Made by a program: the position numbers and the translations under genes | Shown here: one piece after another, positions 46,243-56,481 of the stretch | Numbering within the stretch: position 1 is the first letter of the stretch | How the letters are laid out: the number at the start of each line of letters is the position of its first letter | Notes under the pieces: generated by a model | What the model saw: the letters and a program-made list of their open reading frames with translations, nothing else | What the model was told of the DNA's origin: nothing | Databases searched by the model: none | Source: a virus | Lineage: Duplodnaviria; Caudoviricetes | IMG/VR virus record: IMGVR_UViG_3300031659_000008 | Location: 1 to 59,411 of that record | Direction: 5' to 3' (one strand) | Length of the DNA: 59,411 bases

Positions 46243-47067
46243 ATGGCGGCAGTAACAACAATAGCATCTTTAGCGGTAACAGCAGCATCCACTGCTAATT
46301 CTTTTATACAGGCTAATAAGCAAAAAAAACTACAACAACAAGCAGAAGTAGAAGCTGACAAAGCTTTGGGAGCAGCTAGAAAAAAATTAGAAGTAAACTA
46401 TTTAGACGAATTATCTATACCTAAAGAAGCTTATGAATTAGAGCGAGACGCTTTGCTAAGTGCTGGTGCTCAAGCTTTACAGGCTGGAGTTGAGGGAAGT
46501 CAGAGAGGTGCTGCTGCTACCGCAGGTAGAGTGGCTATGGCTCAAAACAAAGGTCAAGCAGCAATAAGAACAGCCATGGGGCAAGACCTTTTTGGGTTGG
46601 AAAAATTGCAAGCTGAAGAAGATTCTAGATTAAGAGATTTAGGATATAACTTAGACATAAAAGAATTATCAGGACAACAAGCAGCGGGACAAGCGGCGGG
46701 TTTAGCTAGACAACAACAAATGCAAAACGCAGTTCAAGGAGTTGGCTCTCTCATTAAGGGAGTTGGAGCAGCTATTCCTGAGTATCAAAAGGGAGCAGAT
46801 GGTAGAGCTGTAAGTAAATTAAACAGACAATTCAACAGAGCTCAAAGAAAAGGAGAGATAGGCGGAGATGTTTCAATAGGAGAATTTGGTAATCTTAATG
46901 GAGTTACAACTGAATCAGCAAGTTTTGACCAGGGAATGGCAGACGCGTATGGAAGTAACTATACAGATACATTTAATCCTTCTGCCGTTCAATACGAAGA
47001 CCCTTTAACTTTTATGCAGGGCATGACTCCATTTGAGCAAAAAGAATACTTTAAATCAAGAAAATAA
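46243..47067 (+). CDS. Putative ejection (internal virion) protein
   Basis: Ala/Gln/Gly-rich helical protein with hydrophobic N-terminus. Confidence 0.65.
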   Translation: MAAVTTIASLAVTAASTANSFIQANKQKKLQQQAEVEADKALGAARKKLEVNYLDELSIPKEAYELERDALLSAGAQALQAGVEGSQRGAAATAGRVAMAQNKGQAAIRTAMGQDLFGLEKLQAEEDSRLRDLGYNLDIKELSGQQAAGQAAGLARQQQMQNAVQGVGSLIKGVGAAIPEYQKGADGRAVSKLNRQFNRAQRKGEIGGDVSIGEFGNLNGVTTESASFDQGMADAYGSNYTDTFNPSAVQYEDPLTFMQGMTPFEQKEYFKSRK

Positions 47068-47070
47068 TAG

Positions 47071-49017
47071 ATGGCTACAAAAATAGGGTTTGACGCGAAA
47101 TTAGCAGGCACTGGAGTAGATTGGGCTACGGTAGGTAAAGATGTATCTGAAACATTAATCCAGCAAGAGCAACAGCGAGAAAAAAATCGTGTTGCCATGG
47201 ATAAGGCTGTTGCTGATGAAATTAAAACATTAGCCGGTACGGAGTTAGGTAAAGACGCTCAAGCTAATCAATGGATAATGAATGGTGTTGGGGCAATAAC
47301 CGGCTCTTCTTTAATGGACTCAAGACTGTTAAAAAATGGATTACTAAGCTCAAGAGATTTTTCTAGAAATTTAGCTAACAGAACGCAAGGAACTGAATTG
47401 GTTCTTCAAGCTTATAGCACCTACAATAAAGACTATGATGAAATCATGGAAAAAATTAATTCAGGTGATTTAAGTGAAAAAACATTACAAGCAAGAGCTC
47501 AAGTAGAAAGTATGTTTGATTTTGCAAACACTGACATATTTATAAACCCTACCGACTCTGAGGTAAATGTATCTAAAAAAGTATTGAAAGATGGTGTTAT
47601 GGTTATGAGCGATAACCCTGACGATTTTATGAATGCCAGTGAACTTATGCAAGGAGCAACAGCACAATACGCTAAGTTTCAAGCTAATGATGAGGCTAAA
47701 GCATTGGCTGACGCTGTAGCTCAAAGACTAATAAGAGATATTGGCGGAGAAACAATAGAGGGAGCATATCAGGCTGTGAGTAAACTGCCAAAAGCTGAAC
47801 AAGATAAATTAAACGAGGCTAGAAAACTTCAGATACAAGCTGTTCTTACGGATGACAAGGCGGGTTCTTTTTTAGTTGATACTTTAAACAAAACACTTAA
47901 ACCAGGTGAGGGTCCTTATAGTTTTACTAAAAACAAAGATGAGGCAGCTAGAGACAAGTTTAAAATATTAATGAATCAAGATGGTTCAAATAATTTTACC
48001 ACTGATAATGGTAAAAAACAAATGAAGTTAGCTGTGGAAAAGTTTGACGTAATGTTAGAAGGATTTTTACCAGCAAAACGAACAGCGCCTTTACCTAAAG
48101 CTCCAAAACCTCAAACTCAATCTCAAAGAAATTACGGTACAAATGTAAAGAATTTTGCAGATTACGGACTAACAATAGTAGAGGCTATTACAACTGATTC
48201 CCCTGAGGAGTCAGCTGCAGCGTTAGCAATCTTAAGCGAGTTTGGTATAGATACTAGTCGTATTAAAAAAAATAAAGAAGGATTAACCTTTGAGATATTT
48301 AATAAAAATACTAAAGTGTATGAGACTGTACCTGTTAAGTTTAAAGAAGGTGACTTTGAAGGGTCATTAAAAAGAATATTACAAAAAACTTTAGGAAGAA
48401 ATACTAAGGTAGACATAGACGACATCATGGAAGCTATGGGTGGTAAAGAGTTTTTTAAAGATAAAGAAGTTTCAGACATAGAATCTTTGTTTTCTCCAAA
48501 AGAAACCATAGAAGTAAAACCTCTTGACGACCCTTCGAATATAATGCTAAACCCTTTAAAGCCTTTTGACACAGTAACTGGAAAGGAAAATTTTGTTACT
48601 GCAGAAACTATATTTAAAATAATTGAAGATGAAGAGTATAATGATGATGATGAATTACAAAAATATTTAAAAGGATTACTTACTCAACAAGGTCTTAAAG
48701 ATATTACTGTAGAAGTTCAAGAGGCCGGTAAAACCATTAGTCCATTAGCTAGATTTTTCGGTACAACTCCAGAGGAAAGATATGCAATAATAAAAAGAGG
48801 AGAAAAAGAATTAGAATTAATTAATCTTAACGATATTAAAGAAACTTTTAGAGATGAAATTAATAGAATAACAAAAAAAGCACAATCTGAAGAAACTTTT
48901 TATGAAGGCCCTGTTGATGACGGAGTAAGAGAAAAAAAATATAAATCATTTGCAGAATATAAAGAAGATTTTCCTAAAGCAACACTTGCAGATTTTGCCA
49001 CATATAAAAAATCTTAA
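47071..49017 (+). CDS. Putative ejection (internal virion) protein
   Basis: 648-aa helical protein, second of three genes of increasing size. Confidence 0.6.
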   Translation: MATKIGFDAKLAGTGVDWATVGKDVSETLIQQEQQREKNRVAMDKAVADEIKTLAGTELGKDAQANQWIMNGVGAITGSSLMDSRLLKNGLLSSRDFSRNLANRTQGTELVLQAYSTYNKDYDEIMEKINSGDLSEKTLQARAQVESMFDFANTDIFINPTDSEVNVSKKVLKDGVMVMSDNPDDFMNASELMQGATAQYAKFQANDEAKALADAVAQRLIRDIGGETIEGAYQAVSKLPKAEQDKLNEARKLQIQAVLTDDKAGSFLVDTLNKTLKPGEGPYSFTKNKDEAARDKFKILMNQDGSNNFTTDNGKKQMKLAVEKFDVMLEGFLPAKRTAPLPKAPKPQTQSQRNYGTNVKNFADYGLTIVEAITTDSPEESAAALAILSEFGIDTSRIKKNKEGLTFEIFNKNTKVYETVPVKFKEGDFEGSLKRILQKTLGRNTKVDIDDIMEAMGGKEFFKDKEVSDIESLFSPKETIEVKPLDDPSNIMLNPLKPFDTVTGKENFVTAETIFKIIEDEEYNDDDELQKYLKGLLTQQGLKDITVEVQEAGKTISPLARFFGTTPEERYAIIKRGEKELELINLNDIKETFRDEINRITKKAQSEETFYEGPVDDGVREKKYKSFAEYKEDFPKATLADFATYKKS

Positions 49018-49030
49018 ATAAATAAAATAA

Positions 49031-52000
49031 ATGTACGAAGCAGAAGAGATATTTGGATTAATACCTGAGGGGTATTTTGATGACGCAGAATCTTTTGTAG
49101 ATTATGTAAACAACAATGGCATAGAAGAGTTTTGGGATTTTATGCCAGAAGGCTATTGGGATACAAAAGAAGATTTTCTTATTGGCTTAAAAAAAAAAGA
49201 CGAGAAAGATACGGTTTCCGTATCGGAAGCTGGTTTATTGGAGCAACCTACTCAAGATGATATTAAGGTAAATTCTTTTTCTCAAACTGGAGAGAAAGAT
49301 ACTTTATTAGAAAGAGTCGTTGGTAAAAACGATTTTACAGATTTTTTTGGAGATTTATTTAGAGCTACGGCGCAAGGTTCAGCTCAAGGAGCTACGCTTG
49401 ATGATGCCTTAAAAGTATTTTCAACAGGAGAAGATATATCTACTGAAGATTTAAATGAATATATAGCAGCCGTAAAAAACATGGATAGCTACGGAGCTTC
49501 TGATGAGATGAAAGATTTTGACCGAATATATCGACAGTCTGGTGGAGGTTGGGGAGGTTTTGCAAAAGGTTTAGGAAATAATCTTAGTGTAGCGCCACAG
49601 CTATTGGCATCGTCTATTGCGGCTATGATAAACCCTACAACTGCTTTAGGGGCTGGAACTGGAGCTGCTTTAGGGGCAGGTGCTGGTGCAGTTGCCACTT
49701 CTATATTTGGACCAGGTGCTTTGTTTGGAGCAAGCGCAGGAGCGGTATCAGGAGCTATAGGCGGGATGTCTGGTATACTAGAGGCAGGCCTGTCATACAC
49801 TGAATTTTTAAGAGAAGAGTTAACTGAAAAAGGGTTAAAGTTTGACGATGGTGGAATAAGAAAAGTTCTTGGAGACGAGGATGCCATGAATAGCATTATA
49901 AACAAATCACTAGCAAGAGGTGTATCAATTGCAGCTATAGATGCTTTGTCTGGAGGTCTAGCCACTATGGCTACTAAGGGAGTAGCTAAAGGTATAGCAA
50001 AGGGTATAGGAAAAACCTTAGCCACTACCAGTGGTCTTCTTGTTGAAGGAATTGGAGGTTCTGTCGGTGAGGCCACGGCAAGAGCTTTAACTGGACAGGA
50101 AATGGATATAGCCGAGATTGGTTTTGAGGGAGTAGCAGGTTTATCAACAGCTCCCCTAACAGTTACAAGAGGATTAATTCAAGCTCCTAAATATAAGATA
50201 GGAAAAGACAATGTAAGTAGAGCGGGTTTATTAAAAACATTAAAGACTGCAACTCCAAAACAAATAGCAGCTATGGAGTTTGAAATAAAAAACGACCCTG
50301 ATTTAAAAGCTGTTATTACAGAAAAAAAGAATGATGCCTTAATAGAGTTTAGAGTAATGCAAGCTGCTCCTTATTTAAATGAAGCTGATAAAAAAGCCTC
50401 AATAAAATTAGAGAAGGATAAACAAAAACTTATAGGTAACGACACGGTTTTTGCTAAAAAACAAATATCAGAAATAGATGCTCAACTAAATGAGATAAGA
50501 GAGAAGTATAATTTAAAACAAGAAGAAAATGCCGTTCAAAAGTCAAGCACAGAGAAGGTGGATGTATCAAAACAAACCGGAGATGGCGAAGGAGTGGGAG
50601 TCACAGACACCATCGAATCTACCACAAAGATTACATCCGAAGAAACAGACGTTACTGAGGACCAGGAGATTACGGAGGAAGCTGATGTAACCAAGGTTAC
50701 TGAAGAAGAAAAACTAAAGAAGGTAACAAAAGAAAAAGTTAAAAAGTTAGTTACAGCTCCTCGCAGAATTACTGAGCCTTTCAAGATTGGTCGAACAACA
50801 GTAACCTTAAACGAAGACGGCACGATAAAAAGTGCAGTGAATAGTAAAGGAGTTCCTGTTAAAGAGGCAGCTTTAAAAAGAGTACAGAAGAAAGTTTTAG
50901 AGAGCTTAATTGACATAGACTCCGGAGAAAAAGCCACAGTAGTTGAGGGTATTACTGAACAAGAAGCCCCTGGTTATATAGCAGAGAACAGTAACAATGT
51001 CAGAGAGATAGCAGAAACAATACAGTCTGAAGAAACTAGGATAAAAGAAGCAAATGAGCTGGCAGAAAAAATTAAAACAGAAGATGAAGGATTATTTTCA
51101 TTAACTACCTTAGCTTTTACTCCGGAAAGCTGGGAGGCTGTAAATGGAAATCCGCCTTCAGAAAACATATCTTCAAGTAAGTGGATACGCACAAAAGAAA
51201 AGGGAGGACTAAATTTAGAGGATGGGGTTAACGGTATTACACCAAAAGAAATAGAAAGATTTATACTTGACAACCCAACTGCAGCTGATGTTACACAGAC
51301 AACGGGGGAAGTAACAAATAAAAATGATTTAATATCATTGCAGGAAAAGTTTGAAAGCCTTACGGGGATAGCTCCGACTACTTCTATCGTAGATTTTGTT
51401 ATTGATATCGAAGAGGGTAGAGTTCCTTTAGACTTATTAAAAGCTTTAGAAAAAGAACAGCTTACTCGTCAAGCAGCAGAGCCAGTTGTGTTTGGCAAAA
51501 AGAGAGGACCTTCCGCTAAAAAGATAACGTCTACTCCTAAAAAAGAAGTAACAGTTGATGAGGCTAAAGCCTTAACTGACCAAATTAAATTAGAGGCTAA
51601 AGCGGCACGAGAAGCTAAGTTTGACCAGAGTAAAAGAAGAGAATCTTTATCAAACGCCATAAAACTTATGGGCAATATAGGTCAAATTGCCACTAAAAAA
51701 GTCACTCAATTAATAAATAGTATATCAAAGGTAAATTTAAATAATCCTTTAGCTGTTGAGAAAGCATTAAGGTATGCTGAGAGAGTAATTGAAGACGCTG
51801 AGTATAAAGATAAATTGAGTCAAGCTAAAAAACTTAAGTCTAAAATTAAAAAGGCAACTTCTCCAACTAAAAATGCGATAGCTGAAATGGTTCAGACAGC
51901 TAAAAAGTTTTTAGATATAGACATAGACCTTGTTGAAAACATAGATGAGTATCTGTCAAGAGCTCGAGTGTTAAGTGATGGTATTATACCTGCCACACAA

Positions 52001-54859
52001 AGAGCTGGTAAAGTAAAAGTTAGCGAACAAGCCAACATAAAAGAGACTAAAAAGTATTCTTCAGAACAAATACGCAAGCAAGACCAGGTGGCTTTGGAAG
52101 CGGAGATAGCTACTTTTGAAGAAATAACAGGCATAGACTCTGAAGATTTTAGTATTGAAGAGATGCGGGCTATTATATATGACCAGGGAGAAACACAGAC
52201 AGCAACAGAAAAAGCTGAAGCCAAAGAAAAATTAATAAAGGCGGGAGTTAAAAAAGCTTCAAGTCCTTATGCCGCTATAGTTGCTAGTATTTTAAGAGGA
52301 GGAACTTACTCTGTAACCAATACCGGAGAGAAAATAAAACTTACTAATCAAAAAAGGTCTTTAGTAAGTAAGCTATTAAAGGTTGATTTAAAAAAATTAA
52401 ATGCAGTTGAGTCTTTGCAATACCTAAACTCCTTAGTTAACTTCACTAACAATGGTTCTGTTGGCGGCATGAACGCTTTTATAAAACAATATGAAGGAAA
52501 GCTACAGGCAGAAAAACTAGAAGCGGAAGGTATAGAGTCCTCTGCTTTTTCTAAATTTTTAAATAACACAAAAGCTTGGTGGGGTCAATTTTTAGCAACA
52601 TTGCCAAATGTTTTTGATTTAATGTTTGATTCGCAAAGGATAGGCGCTAAGGTCATGGAGGCTATGGGTTTGAAAGAGGTGATAAATGGTTCTTCTTTAG
52701 CTACAAGACAGATACAAAGAATTAGTGAAGATTTTGTAAATGCTTTTAAAAATAGAACTGTTAATGGTAAGAATTTTTTTGCCACTGAAAATATTTCTGA
52801 AAGAGGTATGGTTGCTTTTATGAAAAGAACCATAGAAGGAACTGAGCAAGAGCAACAACAAGAATTTGAAAGAAGAAAAAATCTTATTAAAGAAAGTTAC
52901 GAACTATTAATATCTTCAGATGATAAAAATCTTCAACAAGAAGGTAAAATATATGAAGAGATTTATAATCGTAGCATAAAAGATTCAAAAACAGTTACAG
53001 ACATAGAGGCAAAAACAGATAAGTCTATATTGGAAGGTGTGGATTATGTAACTAAAATTTGGGAAAGCACATACCCTGAATTAAGTGAGGTGTCTTTAGA
53101 GGTTTATAATAAAGCTTTAGGAAATGATTTAAATTATACTCCTGACACTTACAAAAGAATTAGTGAGTTAGATGAAACAAGGGATATAACTGAACCAGTT
53201 TTTAATCCTGATAATAGAAAATCAGTTTATGATAAAGAGTCTCGTGTTTTAAAACCTGCTACTCAACCAAAAACTTTGCCTAAGGGCAGGGTATTAAGCT
53301 TTAGTTTTGATGCAGATAATATGCGTCATTTAGAAGCTGCCTTAACAGATATAAATACAGCACCGGGTATTCAACAAATAAAAGGTTTTAGAAACTCTGA
53401 GAGTTATAAAAAAATATTTCCTACAGAACAGGAAAGAACTTTAGTTGAAGATAGGGTAAATAAATATGTAGATAAAAAAAGAGGAGTAGATTATATTTCT
53501 CCTGGAAATGTTAAGTTTTTAAAAACAATAAATACTTTAGCAAGAATAGGTGTAGCTCGAACATTAGCTGGTGTCACACAGCCTTTTAAACAATTTGTTC
53601 CTTTTATAAATACTTTTTTTAATGCAGGTATAAATGTATTGCCTGGGTTTGCTGCTGCACATAATTCTCAAGCTGTTGAGGCTTTAAACAGGCTTGGGAT
53701 TGGAGTATCCACTAGAGGTTTAGAATCTCAAACAGGTGTTGAAGGTTTGTCAAGTAAACTTAAAAAAGCAGAGGAGGGAAGTACAGGGTCTTTAAGTACA
53801 AACTTAAAAAAACTTAGTGAATTTGCTATTAGAAATTCTTTAGTAAGGCCAGATGTGTTTACTGCTCAAGCTTCTTTCTTTGCATATTATAATCAAGCAC
53901 TTCAGAAAAAAAATAAAGAAATGCCTGCTGATTGGTCTAACTATAAATGGGATATGGATGCGGTAAATTACGCACAACAGCAAGTTGACCGACAACAGAA
54001 TGTATCAGATAGTGATTTGCAGGGCGAATTATTTAGTTCACAAAATCCTATAAATCAAGTAATAAGAAAAATTGCTTTTCCTTTTGCAAACTTTTTAACC
54101 AATCAAAAAACAAGAATGTATGCTGATATTAATACCTTATTTAAGAATCAGGCAAGAGTAACTTCTGAAGACAGGGTTAAAGCGATTAGGTCTTTATCTG
54201 GATTGGGTGCGGAGACATTCGCTTTTAATATTCTTGGATATCAAATTACTCAACTGTTAGTGGGTGCTTCTTTTATGCTTATGGGTCAGGATGAAAGTGA
54301 AAGTGAAGAGGAAAAAAGAAAAGCGTTTCAAAAAATAGGTAGAAAAGGAAACGCAATAGCTGATGTAGTATCTCCTATACCAATTTTAAATGAATCAAGT
54401 TTAGGCCTTTTAAATTATATAATAAAATCAACAAGTAGCGATGAAAATCCATTGCAGTTTTTTGATAATGATGAAAAAAACTTATTAGAACAATTAGGTG
54501 TGTTAGGTATAGGGGTGCAAAAAGCTCGAACATTAGCGGAGTTAATTATGATATCAAACACAGGAGTGTCCAAGAAAGAATACATGGGTAAGGTTACTGA
54601 GCGTAAACTTAATAAAAAACAACAAGAGGCGATTACTATTAATGCATTAGCATATATGTTTTATACGGCAGGTTTATTGCCGGCGGAAGTTGGATATATA
54701 ACGGATAGGAATTTAAAATTAGTGAAGAAAGCTCCAGGAAAAGGAATAAGTCAAAGCGCTTTGAAAAAAGTAAATCTAAAATTGTGGAGACAGTTGTATG
54801 GGCCTGGCTCTATAAATGCAGAGATAAAAAAACAAAAGAAAAAACTTTCTAAAAATTAG
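49031..54859 (+). CDS. Large putative ejection (internal virion) protein
   Basis: 1942 aa; Gly/Ala-rich membrane-like segments near aa 190-380; last gene of the late arm. Confidence 0.7.
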   Translation: MYEAEEIFGLIPEGYFDDAESFVDYVNNNGIEEFWDFMPEGYWDTKEDFLIGLKKKDEKDTVSVSEAGLLEQPTQDDIKVNSFSQTGEKDTLLERVVGKNDFTDFFGDLFRATAQGSAQGATLDDALKVFSTGEDISTEDLNEYIAAVKNMDSYGASDEMKDFDRIYRQSGGGWGGFAKGLGNNLSVAPQLLASSIAAMINPTTALGAGTGAALGAGAGAVATSIFGPGALFGASAGAVSGAIGGMSGILEAGLSYTEFLREELTEKGLKFDDGGIRKVLGDEDAMNSIINKSLARGVSIAAIDALSGGLATMATKGVAKGIAKGIGKTLATTSGLLVEGIGGSVGEATARALTGQEMDIAEIGFEGVAGLSTAPLTVTRGLIQAPKYKIGKDNVSRAGLLKTLKTATPKQIAAMEFEIKNDPDLKAVITEKKNDALIEFRVMQAAPYLNEADKKASIKLEKDKQKLIGNDTVFAKKQISEIDAQLNEIREKYNLKQEENAVQKSSTEKVDVSKQTGDGEGVGVTDTIESTTKITSEETDVTEDQEITEEADVTKVTEEEKLKKVTKEKVKKLVTAPRRITEPFKIGRTTVTLNEDGTIKSAVNSKGVPVKEAALKRVQKKVLESLIDIDSGEKATVVEGITEQEAPGYIAENSNNVREIAETIQSEETRIKEANELAEKIKTEDEGLFSLTTLAFTPESWEAVNGNPPSENISSSKWIRTKEKGGLNLEDGVNGITPKEIERFILDNPTAADVTQTTGEVTNKNDLISLQEKFESLTGIAPTTSIVDFVIDIEEGRVPLDLLKALEKEQLTRQAAEPVVFGKKRGPSAKKITSTPKKEVTVDEAKALTDQIKLEAKAAREAKFDQSKRRESLSNAIKLMGNIGQIATKKVTQLINSISKVNLNNPLAVEKALRYAERVIEDAEYKDKLSQAKKLKSKIKKATSPTKNAIAEMVQTAKKFLDIDIDLVENIDEYLSRARVLSDGIIPATQRAGKVKVSEQANIKETKKYSSEQIRKQDQVALEAEIATFEEITGIDSEDFSIEEMRAIIYDQGETQTATEKAEAKEKLIKAGVKKASSPYAAIVASILRGGTYSVTNTGEKIKLTNQKRSLVSKLLKVDLKKLNAVESLQYLNSLVNFTNNGSVGGMNAFIKQYEGKLQAEKLEAEGIESSAFSKFLNNTKAWWGQFLATLPNVFDLMFDSQRIGAKVMEAMGLKEVINGSSLATRQIQRISEDFVNAFKNRTVNGKNFFATENISERGMVAFMKRTIEGTEQEQQQEFERRKNLIKESYELLISSDDKNLQQEGKIYEEIYNRSIKDSKTVTDIEAKTDKSILEGVDYVTKIWESTYPELSEVSLEVYNKALGNDLNYTPDTYKRISELDETRDITEPVFNPDNRKSVYDKESRVLKPATQPKTLPKGRVLSFSFDADNMRHLEAALTDINTAPGIQQIKGFRNSESYKKIFPTEQERTLVEDRVNKYVDKKRGVDYISPGNVKFLKTINTLARIGVARTLAGVTQPFKQFVPFINTFFNAGINVLPGFAAAHNSQAVEALNRLGIGVSTRGLESQTGVEGLSSKLKKAEEGSTGSLSTNLKKLSEFAIRNSLVRPDVFTAQASFFAYYNQALQKKNKEMPADWSNYKWDMDAVNYAQQQVDRQQNVSDSDLQGELFSSQNPINQVIRKIAFPFANFLTNQKTRMYADINTLFKNQARVTSEDRVKAIRSLSGLGAETFAFNILGYQITQLLVGASFMLMGQDESESEEEKRKAFQKIGRKGNAIADVVSPIPILNESSLGLLNYIIKSTSSDENPLQFFDNDEKNLLEQLGVLGIGVQKARTLAELIMISNTGVSKKEYMGKVTERKLNKKQQEAITINALAYMFYTAGLLPAEVGYITDRNLKLVKKAPGKGISQSALKKVNLKLWRQLYGPGSINAEIKKQKKKLSKN
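50529..50690 (+). CDS. Overprinted 53-aa basic protein in the +1 frame of the 1942-aa gene
   Basis: MPFKSQAQRRWMYQNKPEMAKEWESQTPSNLPQRLHPKKQTLLRTRRLRRKLM; A-rich leader; resembles stand-alone phage MPFKSxAQRR microproteins as I recall them. Confidence 0.6.
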   Translation: MPFKSQAQRRWMYQNKPEMAKEWESQTPSNLPQRLHPKKQTLLRTRRLRRKLM

Positions 54860-54929
54860 TTAAAGTATAAAATAGTATATGGAATACCATAGCGCTGCAT
54901 TAATCATAAGCACTGCTATTAATTCTTTT

Positions 54930-55310
54930 TTAGGCTCTGACATATTTAAATATTTTTTTATTTTTAAAAGATAATATCAATTCTCCTGAATCTGACCAAT
55001 TTGAATCTCCTTCAAGTTGCTCCACAGGAAGATAGAGTATTCCGTCTATGCAGGACCATATCATAACAGCACTAAGTCTTTTATCTCTTAACTTAATTAT
55101 TTTACGGGCATCTGCAGTAAGGGGAAAAGAATTTTTCATTTCTGTTTCAAGAACTTTTACTTCAGCATAACCTATAACAGATTTGTTTTCTCCAAATAAT
55201 CTAAAGTCTACGTCACTAGGGCTAAGTTTTTTGTAGGTGCCGCTAGTCCTTCTTAAGTAAAGCTTGACTGCTGCTTTTTCTTTTTTTAAATCCTGGTCTA
55301 ATTCAAACAT
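54930..55310 (-). CDS. PD-(D/E)XK-like nuclease-fold protein (probable start ATG 55310)
   Basis: SDVDF...IGYAEVK; ATG overlaps the stop of the upstream phosphoesterase. Confidence 0.55.
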   Translation of the reverse strand: MFELDQDLKKEKAAVKLYLRRTSGTYKKLSPSDVDFRLFGENKSVIGYAEVKVLETEMKNSFPLTADARKIIKLRDKRLSAVMIWSCIDGILYLPVEQLEGDSNWSDSGELILSFKNKKIFKYVRA

Positions 55311-56026
55311 TATAGTTCCATTAAGCAATTTATAGCTGTGTGTCCTCCTAATACCACTCCACACCCAATTGCTTGCTTCTTAAAGTTCTTTGCGTATGCT
55401 GTTGCGTACGAGCTTCCGTCCACACCGCAGCCCACCTGCATTCCGAAGACCTTGAAATTTCTTCCAACTGACCACATTGTGTAACATTGCGTGTGGATAT
55501 GGCCTTGAACCGTGCTCATCATGTCGTTTTTCGACTTTGTGCTAGCGGTTCCTCCTTCCCCGTGAATAAATTGTACGTTGTCATAAACAATACGTTCAGT
55601 CCAGTTCCAATTAGTTCCCAGTACTTCGTTGTATGATTTAATCCAAGCACTAGGGATGTCTGATGTCTGTGCCTTACGCATCACTAGGCGGTCGTGATTT
55701 CCAATCAGTACGTCAGCTACAGGGAACGCATCACTCCATCTCTTAACGGCTCTAATTGCGTATTCAAGCTCATCCAAACCTCCCATAGCATCGCTAGATG
55801 TCTCATGATAGCTCGTATAATGGTTGTCTATTATGTCCCCTATGTATATTACTTGATTGCATAAGTATTTAGAGTAAGTCTCCTGGCAAAATTCTAAGTA
55901 TCCATCGAGTTCAAACGGAGCGTGTATGTCTCCAATCACAAGAATACGTCTCTCATCCGTGTTTAAGTTGTCGTAGGCTATCTTTTTATCGCCTTTAAGT
56001 CTAGGTCTGAAGTCTTTAAATCTCAT
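55310..56026 (-). CDS. Calcineurin-like metallophosphoesterase
   Basis: GDIH, GDIID, GNHD, IHG, GHIH motifs. Confidence 0.9.
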   Translation of the reverse strand: MRFKDFRPRLKGDKKIAYDNLNTDERRILVIGDIHAPFELDGYLEFCQETYSKYLCNQVIYIGDIIDNHYTSYHETSSDAMGGLDELEYAIRAVKRWSDAFPVADVLIGNHDRLVMRKAQTSDIPSAWIKSYNEVLGTNWNWTERIVYDNVQFIHGEGGTASTKSKNDMMSTVQGHIHTQCYTMWSVGRNFKVFGMQVGCGVDGSSYATAYAKNFKKQAIGCGVVLGGHTAINCLMEL

Positions 56027-56198
56027 CTTGAACCGATTCTAGTACTGACTTTAAGTTTTTTATTAACTTATTAATTTCCTGTTTTAGTTCAGGGAATTCC
56101 TCATCTATTAAGTGTTCATAGATTTGGTTTGAAGAGTTGTGAATATCATTCATTATAAAATTAATATTCTGTACTCTTTTACTTTCAAAATATTTCAT
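56016..56198 (-). CDS. Hypothetical protein
   Basis: ORF overlapping the next gene in the operon. Confidence 0.6.
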   Translation of the reverse strand: MKYFESKRVQNINFIMNDIHNSSNQIYEHLIDEEFPELKQEINKLIKNLKSVLESVQDEI

Positions 56199-56208
56199 GC
56201 CATTTTTA

Positions 56209-56439
56209 TTAGTCCATGTGGTATAGGAGTTTTTCCCCTAACTTACTGTCTACTTTTTTGATGGCGTGGTATAATTTTTTAGATTTTCTTTTAGTTTCTT
56301 CTTTATGTGTCTTTAGGGTTTCTTTACCCATGTTACAATACATATCAGCATCTATCTCTAAAAGAGTATCAATTTTTTTCTTAATACTCCAAGAGCTAAA
56401 GCCTAAAATTTTATCTATATCTTCTACTCTATAAATCAT
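56209..56439 (-). CDS. Hypothetical protein
   Basis: ORF in the operon. Confidence 0.65.
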   Translation of the reverse strand: MIYRVEDIDKILGFSSWSIKKKIDTLLEIDADMYCNMGKETLKTHKEETKRKSKKLYHAIKKVDSKLGEKLLYHMD

Positions 56440-56481
56440 AATGTTATAAAGTTATAAAAAAAATCCGTAAGTTGTTAAAAA

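Noticed and set aside
49489-52833. Series of - strand ORFs inside the 1942-aa gene (also inside groEL, terL, portal and 47071-49017)
   Set aside because: Ser/Phe/Leu-rich antisense shadows of long coding genes with no motifs
49031-54859. Virion RNA polymerase as in crAss-like phages
   Set aside because: No DxDxD/DFDID catalytic motif in a polymerase-like context was seen; left as a generic ejection protein
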